From Candidatus Bathyarchaeia archaeon (GTDB lineage Archaea; Thermoproteota; Bathyarchaeia; Bathyarchaeales; Bathycorpusculaceae), in assembly GCA_038883655.1 (NCBI GenBank), contig JAVZLQ010000001.1, forward strand, positions 224,001 through 288,000: a stretch of DNA of 64,000 bases. Direction: 5' to 3'. The notes beneath the pieces are model-generated. The model was not told the DNA's origin and ran no database searches. It saw only the letters and a list, made by a program, of their open reading frames with translations. The position numbers were made by a program, and so were the translations under genes. Shown here one piece after another: positions 1-8,440 of the stretch (position 1 is the stretch's first letter; each line of letters starts with the position of its first letter).

Positions 1-1530
1 GACATAATACTTTCTTCTCCTGCAGTAGCCAATGGCATAGTATATGTCGGATCAAATGATTCTAATGTCTACGCCATAAATATGTGGACAGGAGAAGAAA
101 TATGGAGTTTCAGCACCGGGCCTGGAGGAATATATTCCTCGCCTGCAGTTGCTGATGGAATTGTTTACATAGGCGCAAATGACAATAAAACATACGCGTT
201 AAATGCTACTACAGGCGAACTTATATGGAGCTTTACGGCGTGGGGCACCATCTTCTATGGGTTGCCTTCGCCTTTCTGGTCGTCTCCCATCGTGGTTGAT
301 GGAGTTGTATATATAGGCAATCAGGATAGTTTGGTTTACGCTTTGAATGCGACTACTGGCGCAGTCATTTGGGTTCAAACCGTTTATGGTGCTTGTACCG
401 GTTCGTCTCCTGCCGTTGTAGATGGTAGACTATACATAGCTGCGGCAGGGTACTCCGCTCCCTATGATGGAAATGTTACATGCTTAGACGCTGCAACAGG
501 GCAGTTAATATGGTATTACACGGTTCCCTTTGGAGTTTACTTCTCCACACCAGCTGTTGTGAATGGCGTAGTTTATATAGGCACATTTAGTGGTTCCGTA
601 CTTGCACTAAACGCAACAACTGGACAACTAATGTCACTCTTCTTTGCCGGAGATTACCTTCCAATAAACACATCTCCAGCCGTAGCTAATGGAATTGTTT
701 ACGTAGGTTCTGGCAATGGCAGAATATACGCCCTAGACGCCTCAAACCTGGCTATAGTAAAATGGGCTAAAACGCTATCTCCTTACGGAGTTTACAGCTC
801 TCCAGTTGTTGCTGGAGACGTAGTCTACATAGGCACAGAAGATGGTAAAATATTTGCCTTAGACGCAGCAACAGGAACGGAAATATGGGTTTATCAGACA
901 GAAGGAAAAATACGTGGTTCGTTTGCTGTCGTTTCGGGTCTTCCTGATTACTCCTCCTTGCTTTACGCGCCTTCATATGACGGCAAAATATATGCCATTT
1001 ACGATGTTCTCCACGACATTGCAATCACAGATGTTTCGCCTTCCAAAACGATTGTTGGACAAGGCTATACGATGGACATAAATGTTGCAGTTAAAAACCA
1101 AGGTGATTACACGGAAACCTTTAATGTGACACTTTACGCAAATGCAACAGCAATAGAAACGAGAGAAGTCACACTTGGAGGTGGCGAATCAGCAGTTCTA
1201 ACTTTTACGTGGAGCACTGGAGGCGCTGGAGGCATAGGAGTTTTTGCTAAGGGCAATTATACGCTTTGGGCTTATGCGTGGCCAGTTCTAGGCGAGACAG
1301 ATTTGGCGGACAACGCGTTTGAGTATGGCTTTGTTCTGGTCACTATTGCTGGTGATGTTACTGGCGAAATATGGGTTGACATGCTGGACATAAGCATACT
1401 CATAGACAAATTCATGAGCAGCCCAACGCACCCACTTTGGGATCCAAACTGCGACGTTAACGACGACCAAAGCGTAGACATGGCAGACATATCAATAGCC
1501 ATAGACAACTTCATGCGAGAAGACCCATAA
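1..1530 (+). CDS. PQQ-like beta-propeller repeat protein with CARDB (Ig-like) and C-terminal dockerin-like domain; 5'-truncated by window
   Basis: Frame is open from base 1 (DIILSSPAVANGIVYVGS...). Repeated SSPAVxxGxVYIG/ALNATTG..W blades; HDIAITDV...VKNQG...ETFNVTLYAN CARDB; duplicated GDVTG..VDMLD / DVNDDQSVDMAD EF-hand-like dockerin motifs. Confidence 0.85.
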   Translation, partial: DIILSSPAVANGIVYVGSNDSNVYAINMWTGEEIWSFSTGPGGIYSSPAVADGIVYIGANDNKTYALNATTGELIWSFTAWGTIFYGLPSPFWSSPIVVDGVVYIGNQDSLVYALNATTGAVIWVQTVYGACTGSSPAVVDGRLYIAAAGYSAPYDGNVTCLDAATGQLIWYYTVPFGVYFSTPAVVNGVVYIGTFSGSVLALNATTGQLMSLFFAGDYLPINTSPAVANGIVYVGSGNGRIYALDASNLAIVKWAKTLSPYGVYSSPVVAGDVVYIGTEDGKIFALDAATGTEIWVYQTEGKIRGSFAVVSGLPDYSSLLYAPSYDGKIYAIYDVLHDIAITDVSPSKTIVGQGYTMDINVAVKNQGDYTETFNVTLYANATAIETREVTLGGGESAVLTFTWSTGGAGGIGVFAKGNYTLWAYAWPVLGETDLADNAFEYGFVLVTIAGDVTGEIWVDMLDISILIDKFMSSPTHPLWDPNCDVNDDQSVDMADISIAIDNFMREDP

Positions 1531-1548
1531 CCCCCTTTTTACTTTATT
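1531..1548 (+). terminator. C/T-rich archaeal terminator after PQQ-propeller gene
   Basis: CCCCCTTTTTACTTTATT directly after the stop codon. Confidence 0.4.
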
Positions 1549-1838
1549 CAAAAATGCTTCATGTCATTGTAAAATGAACATGCACCACGAGGCCTTCATT
1601 ATTGATTTTAATAAGCACACCGAGTTGAAATGAAAGAAATTTCTGTTAACAGACTAACGGAAAGTCTTTCGTTAAGTATGTTTTGAGATGCATACTGCTG
1701 GCGGATTGCTTATGCTTTTGGGTGGGATATTAACGTTAATAGGCGTATACATTGAAATAGGAATTGGGTTGTTCCCAAGTGATTAGGCGTGATGTAGATG
1801 AAGAGTGTTCTTGAGCAGAATTCTTCATAGAGTTTGAG

Positions 1839-2256
1839 ATGTTAGCTGAAATGGATGGAGCCCTTGAACAGCTCTTTGCTTCAGGCCGGTGGTTATTGTT
1901 GCTGCCATGGAAGTCTTGCGGGAAACTTTTTTGCCTTAAAATGAAAAGCCAAAACCTAGGCGTAGAAGACACACTTGAAAGGCTTTGCCAAATTTTAACT
2001 GGATGGAGCTGGGGTGAGTTCACTGTCACTTATATAGATGCTGAGGAAGGAGCTGGAAGGCTTTGCGTTAAAAATTCCCCTGAAACTCGGACAAGGAGGT
2101 CCGGCGGTATAGTTGGTTGCTATTTTTGTTGAATTTTTGGGCGGCTTTCTATCAAAGCTGCTTAGCAGAAATATTGCTGCGAAAGAGCGGAAATGCGCCT
2201 CTTTTGAAGGTGAGGCATGCGAGTTTGAGTTTCAACCTGCTCAGAGCGGGGAGTAA
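1839..2256 (+). pseudogene. V4R-domain (4-vinyl reductase-like sensory) protein, frameshifted
   Basis: GWSWGEF..VKNS...GCYF ends at TGA 2130-2132; removing one T at ~2127 continues as VEFLGGFLSKLLSRNIAAKERKCASFEGEACEFEF* (stop 2254-2256). Further probable indels near 1887-1911. Confidence 0.75.
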
Positions 2257-2261
2257 CGGCA

Positions 2262-3219
2262 ATGAATTTTAGCGACCCGCTTAGTGATAGGCGTGTTCAA
2301 GCCCTTCTCAACAAATTTATGAGCGGAAAGGTTAAAGCCCTAACCCCACTTTTTTACTTGAAAAAGGTGCTTGTTTATCCAGAGGTTGAAGAAATAGTCG
2401 GGGATTCGGACAGCGCGGAACAGTTTTTATCAAAGCTTCATGAATGCGGAATTTTGAAGCGGAAGCTTTACGATAGGATCGTCTGCTGTCCAAAATGTGG
2501 ATCCGTGAACGTTTCCATTCTTTACTCTTGCCCTTTTTGCGGGTCTTTTGATATTGAGAGAAGCTCCCTTATTGAACATATTAAGTGCGGACATGGATGT
2601 TGAAGAGAAATTCTGCAAAAAGGATGGGCTTGTTTGCCCTAAATGTGGGCGCGAATTAGCCGAAATGGATGTTGACTTTAGAAGGGCTGGTGTTTGGTGC
2701 ACATGCAACAAATGCGGGAAAAGCTTTGACATACCAGTTACAAGACACTTCTGCAGAGACTGCCAAACAAAATTCACATTTGACCACGCCAAATTAAAAG
2801 ATGCCTACACATACAGCCTAAACGAGGACTTGGTCAAAACGGTGACAATGGACTGGGCTATTTTAGCCCATATTGGAAAACTGTTGGAAGACAGAGGCTT
2901 CAAAGTGGAAATTCCAGGATTTTTTGAGGGTCGCTCTGGAGTTAGACACATGTTCAACTTGATAGCCTACAACAATGGAAGAAAACCCTACAAAGTAGCC
3001 ATCAACACCTCAACATCAACAGACGAGAAACCAGTCCATGAACAGGCCATAATAGATATGTTCGCAAAAGCCTACGACTCAAATATAGAAAAGACCATCC
3101 TAATAGCCATGCCAAAAATAGGCGAAAACGGAAAAAGACTCGCAAACCTATACAAAATCCGCATAGTAGAAGCCAAAAACCCAGAAGAAGCATTAGAAAA
3201 AGTAAAAGACTCACTGTAA
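2262..3219 (+). pseudogene. TackOD1-like zinc-binding output domain fused to C-terminal PD-(D/E)xK/Mrr-like domain, frameshifted
   Basis: ORFs 2262-2603 and 2548-3219 join at ~2592 (EHIKCG|MDVEEKF); multiple CPxC motifs, GRSGVRHMFNLIA segment. Confidence 0.7.
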
Positions 3220-3221
3220 CC

Positions 3222-3396
3222 TTACATAACGCTAAATGGTCCCTTCTTCACAATAGCATAACAAGATTTAACACAAATAATAATCCACAACAGACTTCAA
3301 CTCACCAGTCTCACGATCCAAAACCGCCTTATAGACGGGACCAGTCTCACCCTCCGAAAGTTCCTTACCGCACATAAAACAAACCCTCCTCTTCAC
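3222..3396 (-). pseudogene. Small CxxC-CxxC zinc-finger protein, frameshifted
   Basis: GTG start: KRRVCFMCGKELSEGETG...DYYLC then TAA; deleting one T gives LCKSCYAIVKKGPFSVM*, restoring the second CxxC. Confidence 0.55.
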
Positions 3397-3532
3397 CGTT
3401 CTACTGCATCCCTCAGCATAAACCCGCATTTAAAATGTAAAAGACTCATCAACTAATAAAACCTATCGATTTCCTTCTACACCTCGTTTAAAATCCAATG
3501 GACACATTTATTATGCAAATTTTATTGTTCCG

Positions 3533-3742
3533 TTAACGATGATTAACAGGAGTCATCCAAGATTTCTTTTGACAGTTTGGGCATTTTAGATAGTAGGCTG
3601 TTTTGGGCACTGGAGTTGGATCTGGATGTGGATAAGGCATGTTTGGATGGGGTGGGGTATAGCCGCTGAAACGTCTTGCAAAAAGAAGCTTTAGCCGAGA
3701 AACATGAAAACTTAGACCACAATAAGGGCATACAAATTTCAT
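3533..3742 (-). CDS. Small zinc-ribbon protein with proline-rich linker
   Basis: CPYC ... CPNC pairs, 69 aa. Confidence 0.55.
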   Translation of the reverse strand: MKFVCPYCGLSFHVSRLKLLFARRFSGYTPPHPNMPYPHPDPTPVPKTAYYLKCPNCQKKSWMTPVNHR

Positions 3743-4022
3743 TTTCCATTCACTTTTGACATTTTAGATCTAGCATGGATTTTGGGTAGAAAGTATGATA
3801 GCATACAGCGCCAAAAATTGCTTCTAAGAACTTTTTTACTCCAAGTTCACTTTTAATATAATACGTGAAAAAGAGTGAAGCGCTTGTAAATGCCGAGGCT
3901 AAACCATGACTATGTCCATATCGAATCACCTTTTGAATACTCCTCTTTAAGAAGTATTATGCTATAATTTGTATTTTCAAATAAAAACATATCACATACA
4001 TCGCATACCATTTGATGATGAA

Positions 4023-4393
4023 ATGGCGAAGGTCTCCATATTTAAAGGTCGGGAAGCAAGAGTTAATAAGGCGATTTTCCGGATCCTCGCTATGCAAAGT
4101 CCGCTAACAATTTATGATATATGGCGAAGCTGAGAACTCAAAGCGACTTCGCCTACATGCGCTATCACATTGTAAACAGACAAGTTAGAACACTCAAAGA
4201 GCAAGGCGTCATCGAAAAAATCGGAGAGAGAAAAACGAAAAACGGCTTTCAAGCAACACTGTACCAGTTAACCTTACAATCTTATCTATCAATTTTACTA
4301 GATAAACTCGACATGGATTTTTTCTTAAAGAAGGCTTCTAGTGATGAGATTTTATCACTGCTCGTCATCCTTGCTTCGCAACAACAAAGTTAA
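4023..4393 (+). pseudogene. Winged-helix DNA-binding protein, frameshifted
   Basis: ATG 4023 gives MAKVSIFKGREARVNKAIFRILAMQSPLTIYDIWRS*; adding one base at ~4125 joins KLRTQSDFAYMRYHIVNRQVRTLKEQGVIEKIG (HTH recognition helix and wing). Confidence 0.7.
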
Positions 4394-4562
4394 ACATAAG
4401 AGTTTAGAAACAATTTAAAGGGTCTTTTACACCTTAACTTTGAAGCACGCCCGAGGCTTTGCGCCTTTCAGTTTTGTGTATTTCTGTTGTGCTTTTGAAC
4501 GGAAATATTTATTAAATATTAATATTAAAGATTCATATGACGTAACTAGCGAGGAATCCGAG

Positions 4563-4904
4563 ATGCCATTCCTCCACTCTCACGATGAAAAACTAAAGTG
4601 TCCCTACAAGGGCTGCGGAAAAACATTTTCTAAGCCAACAGTATTAACGGATTCCTCAACGATTCCGAGACAAACATACTACGCTTGTCCCCATTGTATG
4701 TCGAAACTTGACATAATAGTTGAAAACGCAAAGATAATAGGCGTGAAGCCTACAGAATACCCAAAGGTTTTTGAGTCACCAGCAAAATGTGCGCACTACC
4801 TTGGATTCCTAAACACAATCCCAAAGGACATGCCAATACCAGACGAATGCCTAGTATGTCCAAAAGTCCTCCAATGCAGCATAAGAAAACGCCAAAACGT
4901 TTAG
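4563..4904 (+). CDS. Cys-rich multi zinc-finger hypothetical protein
   Basis: CPYKGC, YACPHC, CAHY, CLVCPKVLQC motifs; GAGGA SD-like site before ATG 4563. Confidence 0.7.
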   Translation: MPFLHSHDEKLKCPYKGCGKTFSKPTVLTDSSTIPRQTYYACPHCMSKLDIIVENAKIIGVKPTEYPKVFESPAKCAHYLGFLNTIPKDMPIPDECLVCPKVLQCSIRKRQNV

Positions 4905-4978
4905 GACATATTTCTCGTAGGAGAGAATCTTTTAAATTTACCTTCTAGAATTCTAAAATAACATAGCGCAGAGCATGC

Positions 4979-5086
4979 GGGGCTGTCGGCTAGCTTGGTC
5001 TAGGCTTGGAGACTTGGGCTCTCTAAGCGTGTTGGCATTTGCCACGTGCGGGAAGGACCCCGGTTCAAATCCGGGCAGCCCCACCA
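4979..5086 (+). tRNA. tRNA-Pro(TGG) with ~30-nt intron in the variable loop (5026-5055); CCA encoded
   Basis: Acceptor GGGGCTG/CAGCCCC, anticodon stem GGAGA/TCTCT with loop CT-TGG-GC, T arm CCCGG-TTCAAAT-CCGGG; extra hairpin between anticodon and T arms. Confidence 0.9.
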
Positions 5087-5090
5087 TATT

Positions 5091-5633
5091 TTACTGGGCA
5101 ATTTGTTTTTGGAGCTTGTATAAAATAAGAGCGGTATTGAGAGAGCAAAATGCATACACCAGTCCAAAAAGCATAAACCACAATTCGATGCCCCAGTACA
5201 AAAATGCTTGCCAAAACCATGTTAAAGTTAGAAGCGCAATAAGAATGGATAACGAGGCAATCAGCAAGCTAATTTTTGGATGTGGAAGAGCCTTTCTAAC
5301 ATTTAGAAGAGTTACTCCCCAAACTAGAATTCCAACGTTCAGAGATGCCAGAAAGTTAGCAGTGATTGCCAGAATATTACTTTGTAAAAGGTTTAGGCTC
5401 ATAATTGAATAACTTGTTATAGTAAAAGAAGCCAAATATGAAAAGCTGCATAATAGGGCTATGTTTGAGTTGTACTTTATTTTAAATCCAAAACAGGCGA
5501 AACTGCTAAGAAAAAATGAGGCTGAGAAAAAACTGTAAATAACTGTTAAATAAGCTTTGGACTGGATGAATATTCCGCTTATAGCACTTGAATAGCCGTA
5601 ACCAAGCCGATATGATATAAGATTCAAAAGCAC
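5091..5633 (-). CDS. Multi-pass membrane protein of unknown function (N-terminus uncertain)
   Basis: Hydrophobic ORF with about 5 TM segments; frame stays open ~85 nt upstream without a canonical start. Confidence 0.55.
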   Translation of the reverse strand: MLLNLISYRLGYGYSSAISGIFIQSKAYLTVIYSFFSASFFLSSFACFGFKIKYNSNIALLCSFSYLASFTITSYSIMSLNLLQSNILAITANFLASLNVGILVWGVTLLNVRKALPHPKISLLIASLSILIALLTLTWFWQAFLYWGIELWFMLFGLVYAFCSLNTALILYKLQKQIAQ

Positions 5634-5755
5634 GAGTAAAAACCATGTAAACCAACCTAAAAAGCCAAAGATATGCCCGATGCAGCCAATTTGGAAGAAA
5701 ATATTGCTTTTTTGCTTTTTGTGTTATTAGAAGACAGCTTATCTCACCATGACTA

Positions 5756-6742
5756 TCATGTTATGAAGTGTTTATAAATTGGATGTTCTTTGAAGCGTAG
5801 CGTTGTTTCTGATTTTTCCACCGTTCCACTTGGGAGTCTTATGCATACCGAGTTTACTATGGCGCCGTTTGGTATGAAGCGCACTCCGTCTAACAGTTCG
5901 CCTTTTGTCACGCCTGAAGCGCAGAATACTAGTTCGTTTCCCTTGGCTAGCTCATCTTGCGTATAGGTTTTGTTTGGGTCTACTCCTTCTGCCACAAGTC
6001 TTTCAAGCCTTTTTGGGTCGTCGCTTTTGTCTCGCCAAACTTTTACGAGCATTGCTCCGCCAAGGCATTTTACGGCTGTTGCGGCTATTGTTGCTTCTGG
6101 TCCTGCTCCAGCGCCTAATAGTAGGTCTACGCCTGAGCCTGGGATGCACGTGGCTACTGCTGCTGCAATGTCCCCGTCTGGTATTAAGATTATCCTCACG
6201 CCCATTTTCCTTAACGTTTGAAGTATCGCTGCGTGCCTTTCACGTTCAAGCATTATCACAGTGAAGTTTTCAAGTGGTAGCCCCTTTGCTTCGGCTACAG
6301 TTTTGACGATTTCTTCTATTGACATGTCTAATGATATTTTTCCGATGGAGTGGTAATCTGTTGCAACCTTGAAGTAATATCCGTCGTCTGGAAGAACTTG
6401 GAAGCATCCTTTTGGCGCGCATGCTAATGCGGAAATCGCGTCTTTTCTTCCTTTTGAGGCTGCTGTCGTTCCGTCAACCGGATCTATAACGAACTCCACT
6501 TTCGGCCCTTTTCCGGTCCCAACCTTTTCTCGGCGCATGAATGCTGGAGCGTTATCCTTTGGCCCTTCGCAAGCGATTACTTCGCCGGCCACATCTGTTT
6601 GCGCTAGGACAGCCCTTGAAAATTGGACAGCCTTCTCGTCTATTAAGTCTGGATTACCTTGTCCAATGTGTAATGCGGCGCCCACAGCCGCTGCAATTGT
6701 AATTCGTGTTAGAGAAGGCGCTAAAGCCCTTAGAGAAACCAA
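5756..6742 (-). CDS. glpX: Class II fructose-1,6-bisphosphatase (GlpX family)
   Basis: IDPVDGTT, DGDIAAA, GAGPEA, SGVTKGELLDGV motifs; GGTGA SD before TTG start. Confidence 0.85.
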   Translation of the reverse strand: MVSLRALAPSLTRITIAAAVGAALHIGQGNPDLIDEKAVQFSRAVLAQTDVAGEVIACEGPKDNAPAFMRREKVGTGKGPKVEFVIDPVDGTTAASKGRKDAISALACAPKGCFQVLPDDGYYFKVATDYHSIGKISLDMSIEEIVKTVAEAKGLPLENFTVIMLERERHAAILQTLRKMGVRIILIPDGDIAAAVATCIPGSGVDLLLGAGAGPEATIAATAVKCLGGAMLVKVWRDKSDDPKRLERLVAEGVDPNKTYTQDELAKGNELVFCASGVTKGELLDGVRFIPNGAIVNSVCIRLPSGTVEKSETTLRFKEHPIYKHFIT

Positions 6743-6868
6743 GTGTTCACCAATTTAGGATTAAAGTTCTTTACTTGTAAAACTTTTTGGGTCTTTTCAA
6801 CAAGTGTCCGTTCAATCCTTCATGTCAAATGTTAAAACTAGGTGGGCAGATTGGAAAATATAGTGAGT

Positions 6869-7268
6869 TTAGATCGCTTTTGCCACTAGGTTGAGGCTTG
6901 TCAGCGGGGTCATGGGCTGCAGGTTTACTAAACTTCCGTAATATGCTACTGTTTCCCATTTGGCTTTTTCCAATAGTGAAGAGAGCTCTTTTAGGCTGTA
7001 TATGTGGAGCTGAAAGTCTACCTTGTCCATATATTTTAGGTCTTTTCCGCTTTTCTTGTAGAAAGTCCATGTTGTGTTTATTTGGGATGCTTTTGGGTCA
7101 TAGCTTCTATTTTCTAAAATTACAAAGCCATCTACTTCTGAATAGTCTGTTGGCGTGAATTTTAGGGAAAAGAATTCTGTGTGAGCTGTTTCTAGCCCAT
7201 CTTTCGTCAAGAATCTTTAGGAATACGTCCGCCCTTTCAACGAAAAGCTTCCTAATCCACTCTTCCAT
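6869..7268 (-). pseudogene. Class I SAM-dependent methyltransferase with internal deletion
   Basis: N-terminus MEEWIRKLFVERADVFLKILDERWA joined out of frame to a C-terminal part (ETAH...HIYSLKELSSLLEKAKWETVAYYGSL...LVAKAI); no SAM-binding motif I. Confidence 0.6.
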
Positions 7269-7293
7269 AAATATCCTCATTTCCCAGATTTTG

Positions 7294-8397
7294 TTACTTG
7301 TACACTTTCAGTGGTTTTCCAAGGATCTGAGCATCTAGTTCTTTTATGCCTAATCCGTGTTGCTTTGGGAATGTGCGCATGGAGTTCTTGATTCTTGTTC
7401 CGCCCTTTTTTACGAGTCTGTCTTTGAGGAGTAAGTCTGAGTCTAGGTCTGCGTACATTATGTTTTTTGATGCTGCTGCCAGGTGGGTTCCAGCGGCTAT
7501 GCCTATTTGGGATTCACCCATACAGCCTATCATGCATGGTATGCCAGCGGCTTCGGCTATGTCCGCGATTTTTCTGCCTTTTAGGATTCCTCCACTTTTC
7601 ATCAGTTTGATGTTTATTAGGTCTACAGCCTCGGCTTTTATTAGGCGTATGGCGTCTTCTGGCGAGTGGACGCTTTCATCTGCCATTATAGGTATCGGCG
7701 AGTTCCGCTTTACCTCAATTAAGCCTTTCAAGTTTTCTGCTGGAACGGGCTGCTCGGCAAACTCTATGTTGAACTTTTCCATTTTGTTCAGCGCTTCTAT
7801 GGCTTGTTTGGGCGTCCACCCTTGGTTTGCATCTATTCTTATGACGATTTCGTCGCCGACAGCCTCGCGTATAAGCCTAATGCGTTCCACATCTTCTGTG
7901 GGGTTGACGCCGACCTTGACTTTTAGGGCTTTAAACCCTTTTTTGACGGCTTTTTTGGCGTCTTTAGCCATCTCCTTTGGAGATTTTATTCCAAGCGTTA
8001 TGTCTGTTAGGACTTCTGTGCGGTAGCCTCCCAAGACCATGAATAGCGGCTTTTTAACTGTTTTACCGAGTATGTCGTGCAGGGCAATGTCCATTGCTGC
8101 TTTTGCCGCTGGGTTTCCCTTCACAATTGAGTCCATTAACTCTATGTTTTGTTCTATACGCAGCGGACACATGCCAATCAGTTTTGGGGCAACCTTGTCG
8201 ATTGTTTGGAGGACCGTTTCTGGCGTTTCGCCCGTAACTCTCTCTGATGGCGAGGATTCTCCCCAGCCGATTACGCCGTAATCTGTAATTACCTTTACAA
8301 CTACGTTGTGGCTTTCTGTGCTTGCTCCTGGCGCTATTCTGAATGGCTCATAGTAGGCTAGCGTGATTGGGTAAACTTCAATTTGTTTTATTCCCAA
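7294..8397 (-). CDS. Dipeptide (L-Ala-D/L-Glu-type) epimerase, enolase superfamily
   Basis: KVKVG, DANQG, EQP, DES, NIKLMK and DLD motifs; start taken at TTG 8397. Confidence 0.85.
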   Translation of the reverse strand: MGIKQIEVYPITLAYYEPFRIAPGASTESHNVVVKVITDYGVIGWGESSPSERVTGETPETVLQTIDKVAPKLIGMCPLRIEQNIELMDSIVKGNPAAKAAMDIALHDILGKTVKKPLFMVLGGYRTEVLTDITLGIKSPKEMAKDAKKAVKKGFKALKVKVGVNPTEDVERIRLIREAVGDEIVIRIDANQGWTPKQAIEALNKMEKFNIEFAEQPVPAENLKGLIEVKRNSPIPIMADESVHSPEDAIRLIKAEAVDLINIKLMKSGGILKGRKIADIAEAAGIPCMIGCMGESQIGIAAGTHLAAASKNIMYADLDSDLLLKDRLVKKGGTRIKNSMRTFPKQHGLGIKELDAQILGKPLKVYK

Positions 8398-8440
8398 ACT
8401 TGACACCAAGGATATGTTTGTTTTGTTTTGTGGAAAAGCT

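Noticed and set aside
1-1000. Repeated sequence units resembling an array
   Set aside because: Degenerate in-frame beta-propeller blade repeats, not CRISPR; no constant repeat with unique spacers.
2130-2132. TGA after a Cys codon in the V4R gene as possible selenocysteine
   Set aside because: The domain continues in a different frame, so a frameshift explains it and readthrough does not.
2580-2605. Programmed ribosomal frameshift in the TackOD1-like gene
   Set aside because: No slippery heptamer at the junction, and neighbouring genes carry unrelated indels.
1630-4393. Diversity-generating retroelement as cause of the local mutations
   Set aside because: Lesions are indels rather than adenine-specific substitutions; no reverse transcriptase or TR/VR repeat pair is visible.
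4975-5412. 145-aa plus-strand ORF
   Set aside because: Overlaps tRNA-Pro and is antisense to a membrane-protein gene; shadow ORF.
7346-8026. 226-aa plus-strand ORF and similar long antisense ORFs (e.g. 23083-23541, 24001-24444, 47632-48123)
   Set aside because: Antisense shadows of well-supported genes, with no motifs of their own.
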